The notes below the pieces were generated by a model, which ran no database searches, was not told where the DNA came from, and worked only from the letters and a program-made list of their open reading frames with translations. From assembly GCA_964016885.1 (NCBI GenBank), contig OZ024746.1:24056001-24120000 (forward strand): a stretch of 64,000 nt of DNA. Direction: 5' to 3'. Position numbers and translations under genes: made by a program. The stretch comes from Eledone cirrhosa. Lineage: Eukaryota. Positions 27,601 through 40,132 of this stretch are shown piece after piece (within the stretch, counting starts at the first letter, position 1; every line of letters begins with the position of its first letter).

Positions 27601-30343
27601 CAGACTGACACATGGACAGATGAAGTGACAGACTGACACATGGACAGATGAAGTGACAGACTGACACATGGATAGATGAAGTGACAGACTGGTACATGGA
27701 CAGATGAAGTGACAGACTGACACATGGACAGATGAAGTGACAGACTGGTACATGGACAGATGAAGTGACAGACTGACACATGGACAGATGAAGTGACAGA
27801 CTGACACATGGACAGATGAAGTGACAGACTGACACATGGACAGATGAAGTGACAGACTGACACATGGACAGATGAAGTGACAGACTGGTACATGGACAGA
27901 TGAAGTGACAGACTGACACATGGACAGATGAAGTGACAGACTGACACATGGACAGATGAAGTGACAGACTGACACATGGACAGATGAAGTGACAGACTGG
28001 TACATGGACAGATGAAGTGACAGACTGACACATGGACAGATGAAGTGACAGACTGACACATGGATAGATGAAGTGACAGACTGGTACATGGACAGATGAA
28101 GTGACAGACTGACACATGGACAGATGAAGTGACAGACTGACACATGGATAGATGAAGTGACAGACTGACACATGGACAGATGAAGTGACAGACTGACACA
28201 TGGATAGATGAAGTGACAGACTGACACATGGACAGATGAAGTGATAGACTGACACATGGACAGATGAAGTGACAGACTGACACATGGACAGATGAAGTGA
28301 CAGACTGACACATGGACAGATGAAGTGACAGACTGGTACATGGACAGATGAAGTGACAGACTGGTACATGGACAGATGAAGTGACAGACTGACACATGGA
28401 CAGATGAAGTGACAGACTGACACATGGACAGATGAAGTGACAGATGACACATGGACAGATGAAGTGACAGACTGACACATGGATAGATGAAGTGACAGAC
28501 TGGTACATGGACAGATGAAGTGACAGACTGACACATGGACAGATGAAGTGACAGACTGACACATGGACAGATGAAGTGACAGACTGACACATGGACAGAT
28601 GAAGTGACAGACAGGTACATGGACAGATGAAGTGACAGACTGACACATGGACAGATGAAGTGACAGACTGGTACATGGACAGATGAAGTGACAGACTGAC
28701 ACATGGACAGATGAAGTGACAGACTGACACATGGACAGATGAAGTGACAGACTGGTACATGGACAGATGAAGTGACAGACTGACACATGGACAGATGAAG
28801 TGACAGACTGACACATGGACAGATGAAGTGACAGACTGACACATGGACAGATGAAGTGACAGACTGGTACATGGACAGATGAAGTGACAGACTGACACAT
28901 GGACAGATGAAGTGACAGACTGGTACATGGACAGATGAAGTGACAGACTGGTACATGGACAGATGAAGTGACAGACTGGTACATGGACAGATGAAGTGAC
29001 AGACTGGTACATGGACAGATGAAGTGACAGACTGGTACATGGACAGATGAAGTGACAGACTGGTACATGGACAGATGAAGTGACAGACTGGTACATGGAC
29101 AGATGAAGTAACAGACTGGTACATGGACAGATGAAGTGACAGACTGACACATGGACAGATGAAGTGACAGACTGGTACATGGACAGATGAAGTGACAGAC
29201 TGGTACATGGACAGATGAAGTGACAGACTGGTACATGGACAGATGAAGTGACAGACTGGTACATGGACAGATGAAGTGACAGACTGGTACATGGACAGAT
29301 GAAGTGACAGACTGGTACATGGACAGATGAAGTGACAGACTGGTACATGGACAGATGAAGTGACAGACTGGTACATGGACAGATGAAGTGACCAACTGAT
29401 GAGCAGACAGACTGACAGGTAGACAGACTGACAAGTAGACAGACTAACAGGTAGACAGACTAACAGGTAGACAGACTGACAGGTAGACAGACTGACAGGT
29501 AGACAGACTGACAGGTAGACAGACTAACAGGTAGACAGACTGACAGGTAGACAGACTGACAGGTAGACAGACTAACAGGTAGACAGACTGACAAGTAGAC
29601 AGACTGACAGGTAGACAGACTGACAGGTAGACAGACTGACAGGTAGACAGACTGACAAGTAGACAGGCAGACTGACTGATTAGTGGACAGAGTGACAAGC
29701 ATACAGACCGACAGGCAGACAGACTAGCAGGCAGGCAGACAGACTGACTGACAGGCAGACAGACTGACCAGCAGACAGACTGACCAGCAGACAGACTGAC
29801 AGGCAGACAGACTGACAGACTGACCAGCAGACAGACTGACAGGCAAGTAGGGAGACAGACAGATAGACAAACAGAAGTATAAAAGTAAACCATATTTATG
29901 AAGACAAACAACTTTACCTCAGCTGATATGGTCCACTCATTGTCCACAGGTTCAAACTGCCAACCTACATCACACGTCATACTGTAATTAGCTCCTGTCG
30001 TTTCATTAACAACTTTCAGCAAACACTCATCTTCATATTCCTCATCAGATGATAACAAGTTCGTATATTTGGAGCCGGAGTTATTCACAGATAATCCTCC
30101 CCCTCCTCCTTCATCATCACTAATTTTACTACTACTACTACTATAGTTGGTGTTATAGGCCACAGCCATTTCAGCAGCAATGGTGGACTTGCACCGATAA
30201 GGTGTCTGTAATAGGTAGAATGTATTGACAATGTTGTTGAAGAATATGGGGAAGATGTTGAGCCCTAGAAACAGGCTCAGAAGTAATTGGAATCGACCCG
30301 GGTCACCAAGCCGAGCAATTAGGTGATCAATTTTCGTAGTCAT
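817..30343 (-). CDS. SLC22-family (organic cation/anion transporter, MFS) gene, 9 coding exons: complement(join(817..1134,2575..2647,10687..10789,11510..11595,15006..15140,16375..16611,21974..22170,25972..26202,29918..30343)), 601 aa
   Basis: Spliced by hand. All introns are GT-AG, phases match (0,0,2,2,2,1,2,0), and the total of 1806 nt is open. SLC22 motifs: G..GRFQ, TISAE|WNLICD, LADKFGRKP, LRNWRHLQ, IPESLRWL, ELFPTVVRNIGLG, GRIGGILSP, LPETK. Confidence 0.95.
1940..2346 (+). mobile_element. 3' end of a CR1/L2-type LINE with tandemly duplicated 3'UTR and (ATT)n tail
   Basis: Translates RVAEAWNKLPASVVSCRDTASFK. The 3'UTR is repeated at about 2083-2222 and 2223-2346, each copy ending in (ATT)n. 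Confidence 0.65.
2575..2647 (-). CDS. SLC22 coding exon 8
   Basis: RNIGLGTCLVWGRIGGILSPQITLL; CAG and GTAAGT boundaries. Confidence 0.93.
3860..3934 (-). ncRNA. Minimal type I hammerhead motif (mirror copy in left arm of element A)
   Basis: Reverse complement of 4342-4416; sense to the SLC22 pre-mRNA. Confidence 0.7.
4342..4416 (+). ncRNA. Minimal type I hammerhead ribozyme motif
   Basis: CUGAUGA at 4355-4361; stem II AAGC-ACACCA/UGGUGU-CCUU; GAAA at 4392-4395; near-palindromic stem III AUAUGUAU; predicted cleavage after AUA at 4403; stem I UAUUUUAU/AUGAAAUA. Confidence 0.7.
7961..8033 (-). ncRNA. Minimal type I hammerhead motif (left arm of element B)
   Basis: CUGAUGA-GGAC GUACUG...CAGUAC CUCC-GAAA-UAUAUUUA; canonical G-C pair closes stem II. 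Confidence 0.65.
8138..8209 (+). ncRNA. Minimal type I hammerhead ribozyme motif
   Basis: CUGAUGA at 8150-8156; stem II GGAC-GUACUG/CAGUAC-CUCU; GAAA at 8188-8191; palindromic AUAUAUAU stem III; predicted cleavage after AUA at 8199. Confidence 0.7.
8810..9085 (-). mobile_element. RTE-tailed SINE fragment
   Basis: TTTCTACAGCTGGATGCCCTTCCTAACACCAACC plus (CAT)n tail. Relatives at about 3185-3480(-), 19320-19520(+), 31375-31565(-), 32545-32940(+), 42740-42945(+) and 47235-47500(+). Confidence 0.75.
9092..10511 (-). mobile_element. 5'-truncated RTE-clade LINE; open 466-aa RT and C-terminal region with an embedded PHD-like Cys/His finger
   Basis: QFGF, FVDLEKAFDRV, GVHQGSVLSPLLF, LYADD, YLG, RRLRWYGHV..GRPK motifs; no endonuclease domain. 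Confidence 0.93.
10687..10789 (-). CDS. SLC22 coding exon 7
   Basis: IFSTCFFILGRCAYAGLMSTLFVYTSELFPTVV; CAG and GTAAGT boundaries. Confidence 0.95.
11510..11595 (-). CDS. SLC22 coding exon 6
   Basis: LPRKFIVIGCLIIGGSCCITAQLIPSVQ; TAG and GTAAGT boundaries; phases fit the neighbouring exons. Confidence 0.85.
11655..12465 (-). mobile_element. Cluster of three SINE family 1 copies; the last has a 17-bp TSD
   Basis: Copies at about 11655-11870, 11895-12085 and 12250-12448; TSD AATTTGTAATAAATAAT at 12233 and 12449. Confidence 0.85.
15006..15140 (-). CDS. SLC22 coding exon 5
   Basis: FTAALGYYGISLKISDLVGNKYLNLFFGGLLE...; CAG and GTAAG boundaries. Confidence 0.93.
15495..15714 (-). mobile_element. 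RTE LINE 3' end fragment
   Basis: PKKTWADVVRTDLK...MTKDRDKW plus (TGA)n tail. Confidence 0.8.
16375..16611 (-). CDS. SLC22 coding exon 4
   Basis: ttttcag|C; IIPESLRWLLLRGR...IMFFL; donor GTAAGT. Confidence 0.95.
16898..17082 (+). mobile_element. SINE family 1 copy
   Basis: A-box TGGCAGTATCGG, B-box GAGTTCAAATCC, central CATCCTTACGGGGTCGATAAAATAAAGTACC, (ATT)n tail. Similar copies at about 24235-24402(+), 30745-30955(-), 31825-32010(-), 53100-53325(-) and 58728-58890(-). Confidence 0.85.
17960..18490 (+). pseudogene. Tc1/mariner transposase relic (catalytic C-terminal part)
   Basis: FFNFQGLIH...FHQDN...HPSYSPNLVPCDFFLFPHMK; contains a stop and frameshifts. Confidence 0.9.
19620..20060 (-). 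mobile_element. Degenerate RTE-type LINE fragment with an internal duplication
   Basis: Reverse strand gives IFRATVASIILYDSETW twice and a downstream RFAGHC-like segment. A related piece lies at about 34240-34590. Confidence 0.55.
21974..22170 (-). CDS. SLC22 coding exon 3
   Basis: ctag|GGT; GLQTTTFVMTMELY...LRNWRHLQMAISLP..., donor GTAAGT. Not in the ORF track. Confidence 0.93.
25487..25715. mobile_element. TTAA-flanked MITE (piggyBac-type termini)
   Basis: TTAA-TCCTTTAGCATTTA...TAAATGCTAAAGGG-TTAA; homologous to 54981-55208. Confidence 0.8.
25972..26202 (-). CDS. SLC22 coding exon 2
   Basis: tttcag|TGG; WNLICDRSY...LADKFGRKP...LRFLTGICVQ|GTAAG. Confidence 0.95.
26329..29392. repeat. 28-bp minisatellite (~109 copies) filling SLC22 intron 1
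   Basis: GACAGATGAAGTGACAGACTG(AC/GT)ACATG. Confidence 0.97.
29400..29870. repeat. 16-bp repeat (GACTGACAGGTAGACA) grading into a GACA/GGCA microsatellite
   Basis: Seen directly. Confidence 0.9.
29918..30343 (-). CDS. SLC22 coding exon 1 (TM1 and large extracellular loop)
   Basis: MTTKIDHLIARLGDPGRFQ...WTISAE; donor GAG|GTAAAG. A poly-T/CAG acceptor upstream puts the exon start at 30365. Confidence 0.93.
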
Positions 30344-33300
30344 TTTTTGTCTGTCACTTGTTCCCCTGCAAAAAAAAAATAATAATAAATAATAATAATA
30401 AATAAAATAAATAGTTTAGTTTTAAAATTAAAATACAATAAACAAAAACAACAAAAAATATAGTTTATTTTTTTTAATAATATTTTTGAAAAGTACAAAA
30501 TAGCTTTAAGACTGCATACAATGATGTTTTCTAGTAAAGATACTATAAACATTTGAATTAACAAACCCAATTTTAGATCTTTTCTGCTAAATTATTACAG
30601 GATGTTAAGAGTGAGAATGAAAAATAATGTTACACTGTTCCTTTCCCCACAAAAAAAAAAAAAAAAATACAAAGTTTTATTTTCAAATTAAAATGCAAAA
30701 ATGGCATCAATTTTACCAATAGCCACCCTATTCTGACAGAAAATAATGGTTTCTGATTTAGTCACAAGACCAACAATTTTGGAGGAGGGGAAAGTCGATT
30801 AAATCAACCCCAGTGCATTACTGGTACTTTATTTTAGCTATCCCGTAAGAATGAAAGGCAAAGCTAACCTCAGCAGGATTTGAACTCAGAATGTAAAGGG
30901 CCATAACTATATGCTGCAAAGCATATTGTCTGATGCTCTACTGATTACTGCTAATCAGTTATTTTACTAAATCCTTCAAATTCTTGCTTGTAATACATGG
31001 ATTTTGTATTTTATTTGAAATATTGTAACAAAAGGGCCAAAGAGTTGCTTTAACAGTTATTTATTTATGCATGTGGAGAATTGTAGTGAGGAACTGATAA
31101 TTGTGTTGCAGAGAAGTTTAGGGTAAAAGATCAGTAATTGTGTTGGGGGGGGGAGGGGGGGATATACAGAAAGATCAATAATGTTATTCCAGTATGTTAT
31201 AAGGGAAGTTCAATATACTAACTGATAATTGATCTGTATATTGATAAATTGACTACAACTGTTCTTTTGAAGTATTGGTCCTTGAGCTTGGTCAAAAACA
31301 AATGTGAAAGATGAGTTATAGAAGAGTATCAATAATTGATGTTGTTTGGTATTTTATAGGGAGCAATCATCATCGTCATCATCATGTTATGTCCAGTTTT
31401 CGTGTTGGCATGGGTTGAACATACCATCATGGTCAGAGACTTGATAGATCAGAGAAACTACATCTTGCTCTATGTTTCACATTCTGGTATAGTGTCTACA
31501 ACTGGATGCCCTTCCTAATGCCAACCTCTTTGCAGTATGTACTGGGTGCATTTTATCATGTCACTAATATATTTTAGTTGATTTTCTTAATTTTGTCCAA
31601 TCTTTATTTACAGGGAATAATCTTAAATATGTTATTATTTAACCCTAGGTAAGCATTGATTGATCCTGTAGACTAATGATCAAAGATGTCCCAACCACAA
31701 CCATCCTGTCTTTTTTTATTCTCGAAACATAGTATAACAAGAACAACAATTTCCACTATGACTTTTCATTCTTTGATAAATCTATTTTCATAGGGAGATG
31801 TATAATTATAAGTTCTTAAAATTATAATTGTTTCCACTTTGGCACAAGGCCATCAATTACCCAGTACATTACTGGTACTTTATTTTATCGACCCCGTAAG
31901 GATGAAAGGCAAAGTTAACCTTGGCGGGATTTGAACTCAGACCGTAAAGGGACGTAACTATGCTGGAAAGCATACCGTCCGACCCTCTACCGATACTGCC
32001 AATCCACCTAAAATAATAATGATGGCGATAATGGTCCAAGGTCAGCCCTGATCCAGTTGACATATGATCAAAGAGACTCCAACCATGACATCCTGTCTTT
32101 TTTTCTCAAACAGTTTAACTAGGGCTACCATATTTATGTATGTCGTAAGAGGCAACTAAAAAGGGTTGGTGCCAGGAATGGCATCAGGCCACATAACATT
32201 TCATAAGAAAAGGACCCTGTTATAGATCCCCACTAGACAAACTTCTACTTTAGCAGAGTCGATGGCCTTAACCATTTTGTTTCATTCTTGGCCCAAACCA
32301 GCTTTGATCATATGAAACAAAAACCACCCATTTAAAATGGTTCCTATTTAGATTTAAAATCTTCCAACAATTTTATAAGAGAACTATATGTTAAGTTATC
32401 TTAGTAATGAAATAATTGATAATTTTAGTAAATCCTAAAAATTCTCCATTGATTAATTGCATGTATGTCATTAGAAATACAGTCACAAATATGTTAAAAC
32501 CTTTACTGTATATATATTTTTAAAAGTTAAGGCTGATCTACATGATAAATGCACCCAGTACATGCTGTAAAGTGGTAGATGATATGACAGGTATCCAGCC
32601 ATAGAGAACTTGTCAAGCAAAGGTTTGGAGGATTCTTCAGTCATGTTAAGGACATGACGGCCTCCTTAGTGTTGGTGATCTACGTGATAAATGCACCCAG
32701 TACACACTGTAAAGTATTTCATGGTAGGAAATGCATCCAGCCATAGAAAGCTTGTCAAAGACATGACAATCTTTTCTATGCACTCGGTAGAATGTGAGAC
32801 TGTACATAAGTGAGATGCAGATCCCTGGCCAGTCTGGGAGATCAGTAGCCCTGCTTCAGGACTAACTAGGTCTATGTAGATCTGTCCAACCCTTGCTAGC
32901 AGGGAAAGCGGACATCAAAGCGACGATGTTGATGATGATGTTATGGTATGATTCGATGGTATGATTAAATGCTTTGGTAGAATATAGAGGATATTTGGCT
33001 GCTATTTCTGACCATCACTGAAGGAACAAAATCCAGAATAGATGGTGAAGTGTTCCAAAGTTTTGGATCAATTTCAAAAGAACTTTCAAGATTTACCAAA
33101 TCATGAGTTCAAACTAGAAATATGTAGAAATCTTTTTGATGTGATGCCAACCAAAGTCTCTGATTCCTTGCAACTCCACTGAATTCCATAACACAATCTG
33201 GTAATTCTTTGATATCCAAATTTAATAGTCTATCTATTTTGGAATTTTATAAATCCTTATGAGGTAGATATTGGAAAAAATATCAACTCTTTAGGAATCA

Positions 33301-35029
33301 CCACTGTTGTTGCTGCCACTGCAACCATAGTCATTATCATCCTCATAGTCTTCATCTTCCTAGCCATTATCATCATCATCATCAGCAGCAGCATAGTCAA
33401 TTAAATCCTTATCACCATCATTATCATCATCCTTATCATAGTCGTTCTCCTCATCATCTTAGTCATCATCATTACCACACTCAGTCATCATCATAATCAT
33501 CATCACCATACTCATGATCATCATCATACTTACCATCCTATCCATAGTCATTATCATCATCATCATCCTCTAAGTAATCATCATCATAGTCATTCTCATC
33601 CTCACTATCTCTACCCAACTCCATTCATCACCATCATCATCTTCATGTACACATCATCATGAAGTTAATCATCACCATCACCATGATCATAATCACCCCC
33701 ACCCCTGCTGTCATCATCATCATCATCACAACCACTAATGTTATTATTTAAAAGCTGGTTTTCCATGCTCTCGTGGGTTTGGTAGGTTGGGTTCTCACAG
33801 CATCTCACCACTAGTTGTGTTCCTTAGCCATGTGGCATGCAGAGCAACAAAGAAAAACCTCAAATCTGTTTTATTGTAATAGGTGCAGGAATGGCTGCGT
33901 GGTTAAGGAGTTCTCTTTGTAACCACATGGTTCTAGGTTTAGTCCTATTGCATGGTCCCTTGGGCAACTGTCTTCTACTATAGCTTTGTGTTGACCAATG
34001 GCTTGTTAGCAGAATCTGGTAAATAGAAATTGGACAAGCCCACAATGTATGTGTAATACAACTAACTTTCTTCTTATTAAGTAGGTATTTGTAACATAAC
34101 TTAGCAAATACACTGCTTTTGGTTTTCAAATGATTCTGAAAACAATCAAGAATTTGAAAGCATTTAGTAATATAACTAACTTTGTCATTATTAAACTAGT
34201 GTTTGGAGCATAACTTAACAGAAGTTCTTCCACTTCTATACATCCTTTACTGGGGCCATGACAAAGTTTCTCTTCCAGTTTACCTTGTCCAGCATTGCCA
34301 TCTGAATTTCCCCTGCTTCCAACACAGTATCATCTTCAAGAATGTCCTTCAGTGTTATGGTTGGTCTCCCAACTTGTCTGCACTCATCAGATTTCCAGAA
34401 AATAACTCTACAAGCAGGTTCATTATGACATTTCACATGTCCAGCTAATGCGAGCCTCCTATATTTTATAATGTCAGAAGGGCATAAAGGTGTGAGCTGT
34501 GGAGTAATTTATTTGTTATGTGTGTTCTCCAAGACATGTTCTGGACCTTTGTCAGCATCCGTGAATGTGCCATTAATCCTCCCAAACATTTACAAAGAGG
34601 ATTAATGGCAAAAGTTCCTACATAAAATTAAATATATTAACACTAACTAAACCACACTGTACAAACAAAATATTGATAAACTAATCTGCATTAGATGCAA
34701 CCTCTGATTGCAATAGCAATGAAAATGGTATAAACGAGAGAGAGATATATAGAGAGAGAGGTGTATCACTTCTCATCACCAATTTATCCTAGAATTTCCT
34801 GACCAAACATATGTAAATGACTTTCAAAAAATGGAATAAACGAATATATAGTTTAAAATTACGAAGATTGAAGGTGAAAAAAAAATATGAAAGGAATATT
34901 TTAAAGAATGTTTCTAGGCATATCAAGCTGATCATGCAGCAGAATATATTGACAATGAATAACATTATTGAAACATATGAATTACAAATAGCTGAATCAT
35001 TGGTTTCTATGATAGAGTGGGGTATGTGG

Positions 35030-35570
35030 TGACATGGAGGGATTAATAAACATGTGGGGACATGGATTGGACAGGGATGGAGAAGAAGAGACATCAATAG
35101 GGAAATGCAATGGCATCAAGAGGTTATATACACATGGAGGAACATTGATAATTTATAGTGGTTAAATAAAACATAAGACATGAAGAGTGATGCACATGTG
35201 ATGGCACGAAGCGATTAATACACATGTAGGGACATGGAGGAATGTTGATGATTTATAGTGGTTAAATAAATCATGAGACATGGAGTGGTTAATACACAGG
35301 TGGGGACATGGAGGAATTAATTCACATGTGGTCACATGAAGTGATTAATTAATACACATGTGGAGACATGGCAGGATTAAATGAAATGTGGTGACATGGA
35401 GTGATTATTATGCATATAGTGATAGGGAGAAATGTTGATAATGTATAGTGATTAATTAAAATGTAGTAACATGGATGGATTAAATGAAACATGTGGTGAC
35501 AGAGTGATTAATACACATGTGATGACAGGGAGAAATGTTGATAATTTATGGTGATTATAAGAGATGTAAC
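35030..35570. repeat. Degenerate tandem repeat (ACACATGTGG.GACATGGAGG.ATTAAT-like)
   Basis: Recurrent CACATG, GACATGG and ATTAAT motifs. Confidence 0.7.
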
Positions 35571-35699
35571 AGTTGAAGATAAAGTTAAAATGTAACCCTT
35601 TCATTAGCATATTTCTAATGAAATACAACATATGTAGATTGTTGAAGGATTTACTAGAATCATTAATTATTTCATTATACACCACTTCGGATTCCTCTT

Positions 35700-36360
35700 A
35701 AACTCCAAGATCTGCCTTTCCCTCATATTCGACTAAGCATAGTTGCTTCATTTCTCAGCAGTCTAGGCATGTCCTCTGCAGTCACAGCTCATGTTTCACT
35801 ACCATACAGCATTGCACTTCGCACACAGGCATCATACAGCCATCCTTTTATACGTAAAGAGAAACCTTTTGTGGTCAATAGTGGGAGTAGCTTTCTGAAC
35901 TTTTTCAATCCTATCTTTATTCTAGCATTGCCTAGATAGTATTTCCTACTCTCACTTTGCTGACAGCACCTCTGTACATGACTTGCACTGCTCTCACCAA
36001 CCATTCTTCTACACCTAATTTCCTTAAGGACCATCAGATAATAGATTGGGGTACTCTGTCAAATGCTTTTTCTAGGTCAATGAAAGCAAGGTATAATAGC
36101 TTATTGGCTAAGAACATTTCTTGTCATTGCTTCACTAACAAGGGGGTGTATATAGTATTTTTACCAGGAATGAAACCAAACTGCATCTCATCTAATTTGA
36201 CTCCTTCTCTAATTAGTTGTGCTATAACTCTTTCCATCTTTTTCATAACTTGATCTATTAGTTTTATTTTTCTATAGTTGCTCTTGTAGCAATTTACAAT
36301 TGTACTGCTGTGCCAGTCATTTGGTACAACACGGTCCTGTATTACCTGATTCACTATGCA
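35700..36360 (-). mobile_element. Degenerate RTE LINE fragment with an internal deletion
   Basis: WHSSTIVNCYK, MERVIAQLIR, DEMQFGF, KKFRKLLPLL, YDACVRSAMLYGSET; homologous to 9109-10509. Confidence 0.85.
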
Positions 36361-36916
36361 AATTACTAATTATTGACAATTCTGTCTAACCCATGCTAGC
36401 GTGGAAGATAGATGTTAAACGATGATGAAACACACACACATACACATATATATATAAATATATGTACATACATACATACACACACTCACACATATATACA
36501 CACACAGACAAATATACATAAATATGTATACATATATGGACACACACACACACACACACATATATATATCATAATCACCATTATTTTCCATCCCATCTAT
36601 CAAGACACTACTGCCCATACAAGCAATGTTGTCATGTTGTAAATGTCTCTATGTGATCCAGCTACACGCAATCCACAAACATAAACATGTAACAACTCTT
36701 GGATCTAGAAATTAATGCATTTGCATGTGAAAATCTTCCGGAACTAGAATCTGTCATAGTTTACTGGACCATAATGGGACTTGCATGAATGGATGGCAGT
36801 CTAGAGAGATAAAAGGTAAGTGACAACTGGTATTAAAAGCAAGAGAAAGAGAGGGGTGATAGTGAGAGTTTTCTTTTTATCTATTATATATATAGAGGTG
36901 GTGGTAGATGGTCTGA

Positions 36917-37360
<444 letters not shown>

Positions 37361-37914
37361 ATAGGTAGGTATGCATGTATATGTATCTATGTGTGTGTGT
37401 GTGTGGCTAAGGAGGTAGTTTCACAACTGTGTGACTATGTGGCACGTTGAGAGCCAGGTGACATCTACCAGGAAGGGTTGTTTATAAGCATGAAAGCTGG
37501 AGAAGGGAAATGGTCAAGTTCACTTTAATGTTTCAAGTCTTTATCAGTTGGAAAGTAAAAATAGGAAAAACAAATCTGGCAACAGCCACAACAACAACAA
37601 CATCAACAGAAACAACAGCAGCACCAACAACAGTAATAACAGTAGTAACAATAACAGACAGTGGAGGACTATATGTGTTGTTGTTGAATCTCTGCTGGTG
37701 GTTTCAATGATAAATGTTCTAGTTGTTTGATCAGCAGATACAACCTGCTCATGTAATTAATGTGTAAGTGGCTGAGCATTCTATTGAAACAAGTATCCTT
37801 AATGTAGTTGTCAGGGAGACTCAACATGGCACAGCATATGAAAAGGTTAGCCCTTTGAATTAAAAACACAACTATTTTTTTCCAGCTGTTGCAGGTGGTG
37901 AGAAAAATAAATGT

Positions 37915-38280
37915 TACAGCAAGCAGAGAATATCAAGTTGATTTATGGAGAACATTTTAAGCCCACAACAGCTAAAGCCAAATTTCGCCCATCAGTTAAT
38001 CAAAAATCAGCTTACGCTTTGCTCGAGAGATGTGGATAATTTTCTTTGAGCATTTGCATACAAATTACCTATTCATTTTTAAAAAAATCGATGCAGACTG
38101 GAAATTATCAACTTTTTTTTAACTTCAAAGTACGTTAGAAATTAAATGGGATGAGTCCCACACTTGTGTCAAGTTTCATCAAGATAGGTTTGGTAGTTTT
38201 TGAGTTTTAGGTTCACAAACAAATCCACAAACAAACACACACACAAACAGACAGAAATTGCCATTTATGTCTATAGATTT
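37915..38280 (+). mobile_element. Possible helentron/HINE-like non-autonomous element
   Basis: AAGTTTCATCAAGAT..GGTAGTTTTTGAG, an (ACAA)/(ACAG) microsatellite and a 3' TATAGATT, an architecture typical of such elements. Confidence 0.4.
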
Positions 38281-39249
38281 CTTGGGTGTTTTAATAATAG
38301 GGACCCCAATCCTATCATATTGTTGTTTACAGCTCACACCTATGCAAGTTTAGTTGACCTCATGAAGTTTCTGGGTTGTTTTAAGGATAAGGGTCCCCAG
38401 TCCCAATATGAAATGTCTTACTCAAGAACAAAATGCAATGCCTGGTCCTGGATTCAAACTCACTATCATGAGCCATACACCTTCATGAGGGTTGTAGTAT
38501 ATAATAACTAAGCTGAAAATATATTTGGGCTTGGGTGGTACAAGTTTGCTTTAATTATCTCTGTTTAGAAGTTCTTTTGTCTGTCTTGTAATAAGACTAT
38601 ATTTGACTTTAGAAACTGTTTTATTTCAACTTGGTTTATAGCTATTGTTTAATAAATTTGTTTGGGAGATGTTGTGTAGCTGTGTATGTGTGTGAGAGTC
38701 TCTGTGGGTGTGGGTGTGTGTGTGTGTGCATATGTCCTGTGTTTTGTGTGTTCTGTTAGTGTGTGTATGTGTTCTGTGTACACTATTTTGTGTGTGTGTT
38801 TTTGTAAGTGGAAGGGTGAATGGGTGGTGTGTGTGTTCTGTGTGTTGCATGTGTATGCAGGTGTGTGCCTATATATTTGTGAGTGTATGTGTTGAAGGTG
38901 TATATGTATGTGTTGTATGTCTGTATGTTTTATGTGTTGTGTTGTGTATGTGTTTATGTGTATGTATGTGTATGTTTGTATATGTTGTGTTGTGTGACCG
39001 TACGTATTATATATGTGTCTATGTGCATTTATTATGTGTGTGTGTGTACGTATGTACGTGTTGTATGTTTGTATGTATTATATGGGTGTATGTATGTGTT
39101 GTATGTGTGTGTGTTGTATGTATTATGTATGTGTGTGTATGTATGTGTGTATCAATCAATCAGATACTTTGTGTAGACATTTCTGATTTCATATTATTAC
39201 AAAGATAAAACAAATGATGTCTGCTTAATACACTGTGATGTTAACTTAC

Positions 39250-40132
39250 TCTGTTGTTGTTGTTGTTGTTTCTGTAGTCGTGTCTACTGTTGTTGTAGTC
39301 ATTGTGTCTACTGTTGTTGTTGTCATTGTTGCTAGTGTTGTTGTTACTGTCATTATTGCTACTGTTGTTGGTGTTTGTAATTTTGCTACTGTTACTGTTG
39401 TTGTTGTTATAGCTTTTGTTGTTGCTATTGTTGTTATTGTTACATCTGTTGTTTTTGTTACTGCTGTTGTTGTTGTTGCTGTTAGTATTGCTACTGTTGT
39501 TATTATTACTATTGCTCCTGTTACTGTTGTTGTTGTTGTTGTTGTTGTTATTGCCACTGTTACTGTTACTCCTGTTGTTGTTGTTTTTACTGCTTCTGCA
39601 GATACTCTTGTTGCTGTTACTGTTGTTACTCTTGTTACAATTGTGCTTGTTGCTACTGCTGCTGCTCTTGTGGTTGTTGCTACTGTTGCTGTTGTGGGTG
39701 TTGCTACTGTTGGTGTTGTTGTTGCTACAGCTACTGCTCTTGTGGTTGTTGCTACTGTTGTTGTTGCTACCGTTGCTGTTGTTGCTACAGCTACTGCTCT
39801 TGTGGTTGTTGCTACTGTTGCTACTGTTGTTGTTGCTACCGTTGCTGTTGTTGCTACAGCTACTGCTCTTGTGGTTGTTGCTACTGTTGTTGTTGCTACC
39901 GTTGCTGTTGTTGCTACAACTACTGCTGTTGTGGTTGTTGCTACTGTTGTTGTTGCTACCGTTGCTGTTGTTGCTACAGCTACTGCTGTTGTGGGTGTTG
40001 CTACAGCTACTGTTGTTGTTGTGGTTGTTGCTACAGCTACTGTTGTTGTGGTTGTTGCTACTGTTGTTGTGGTTGTTGCTACAGCTACTGTTGTTGTGGT
40101 TGTTGCTACAGCTACTGTTGTTGTTGTGGTTG
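39250..40132. repeat. (GTT/GCT/ACT) trinucleotide-based low-complexity satellite
   Basis: Seen directly; higher-order units are visible in 39720-40130. Confidence 0.9.

Noticed and set aside
25948-29434. Three overlapping >1000-aa Cys/His-rich ORFs
   Set aside because: They arise from a stop-free 28-bp repeat that cycles through frames. Only 25972-26202 is a real exon, with its own acceptor.
29444-29917. Extension of the exon 1 ORF (SVCLPV repeats)
   Set aside because: Read-through into intronic microsatellite beyond the conserved E|W splice donor.
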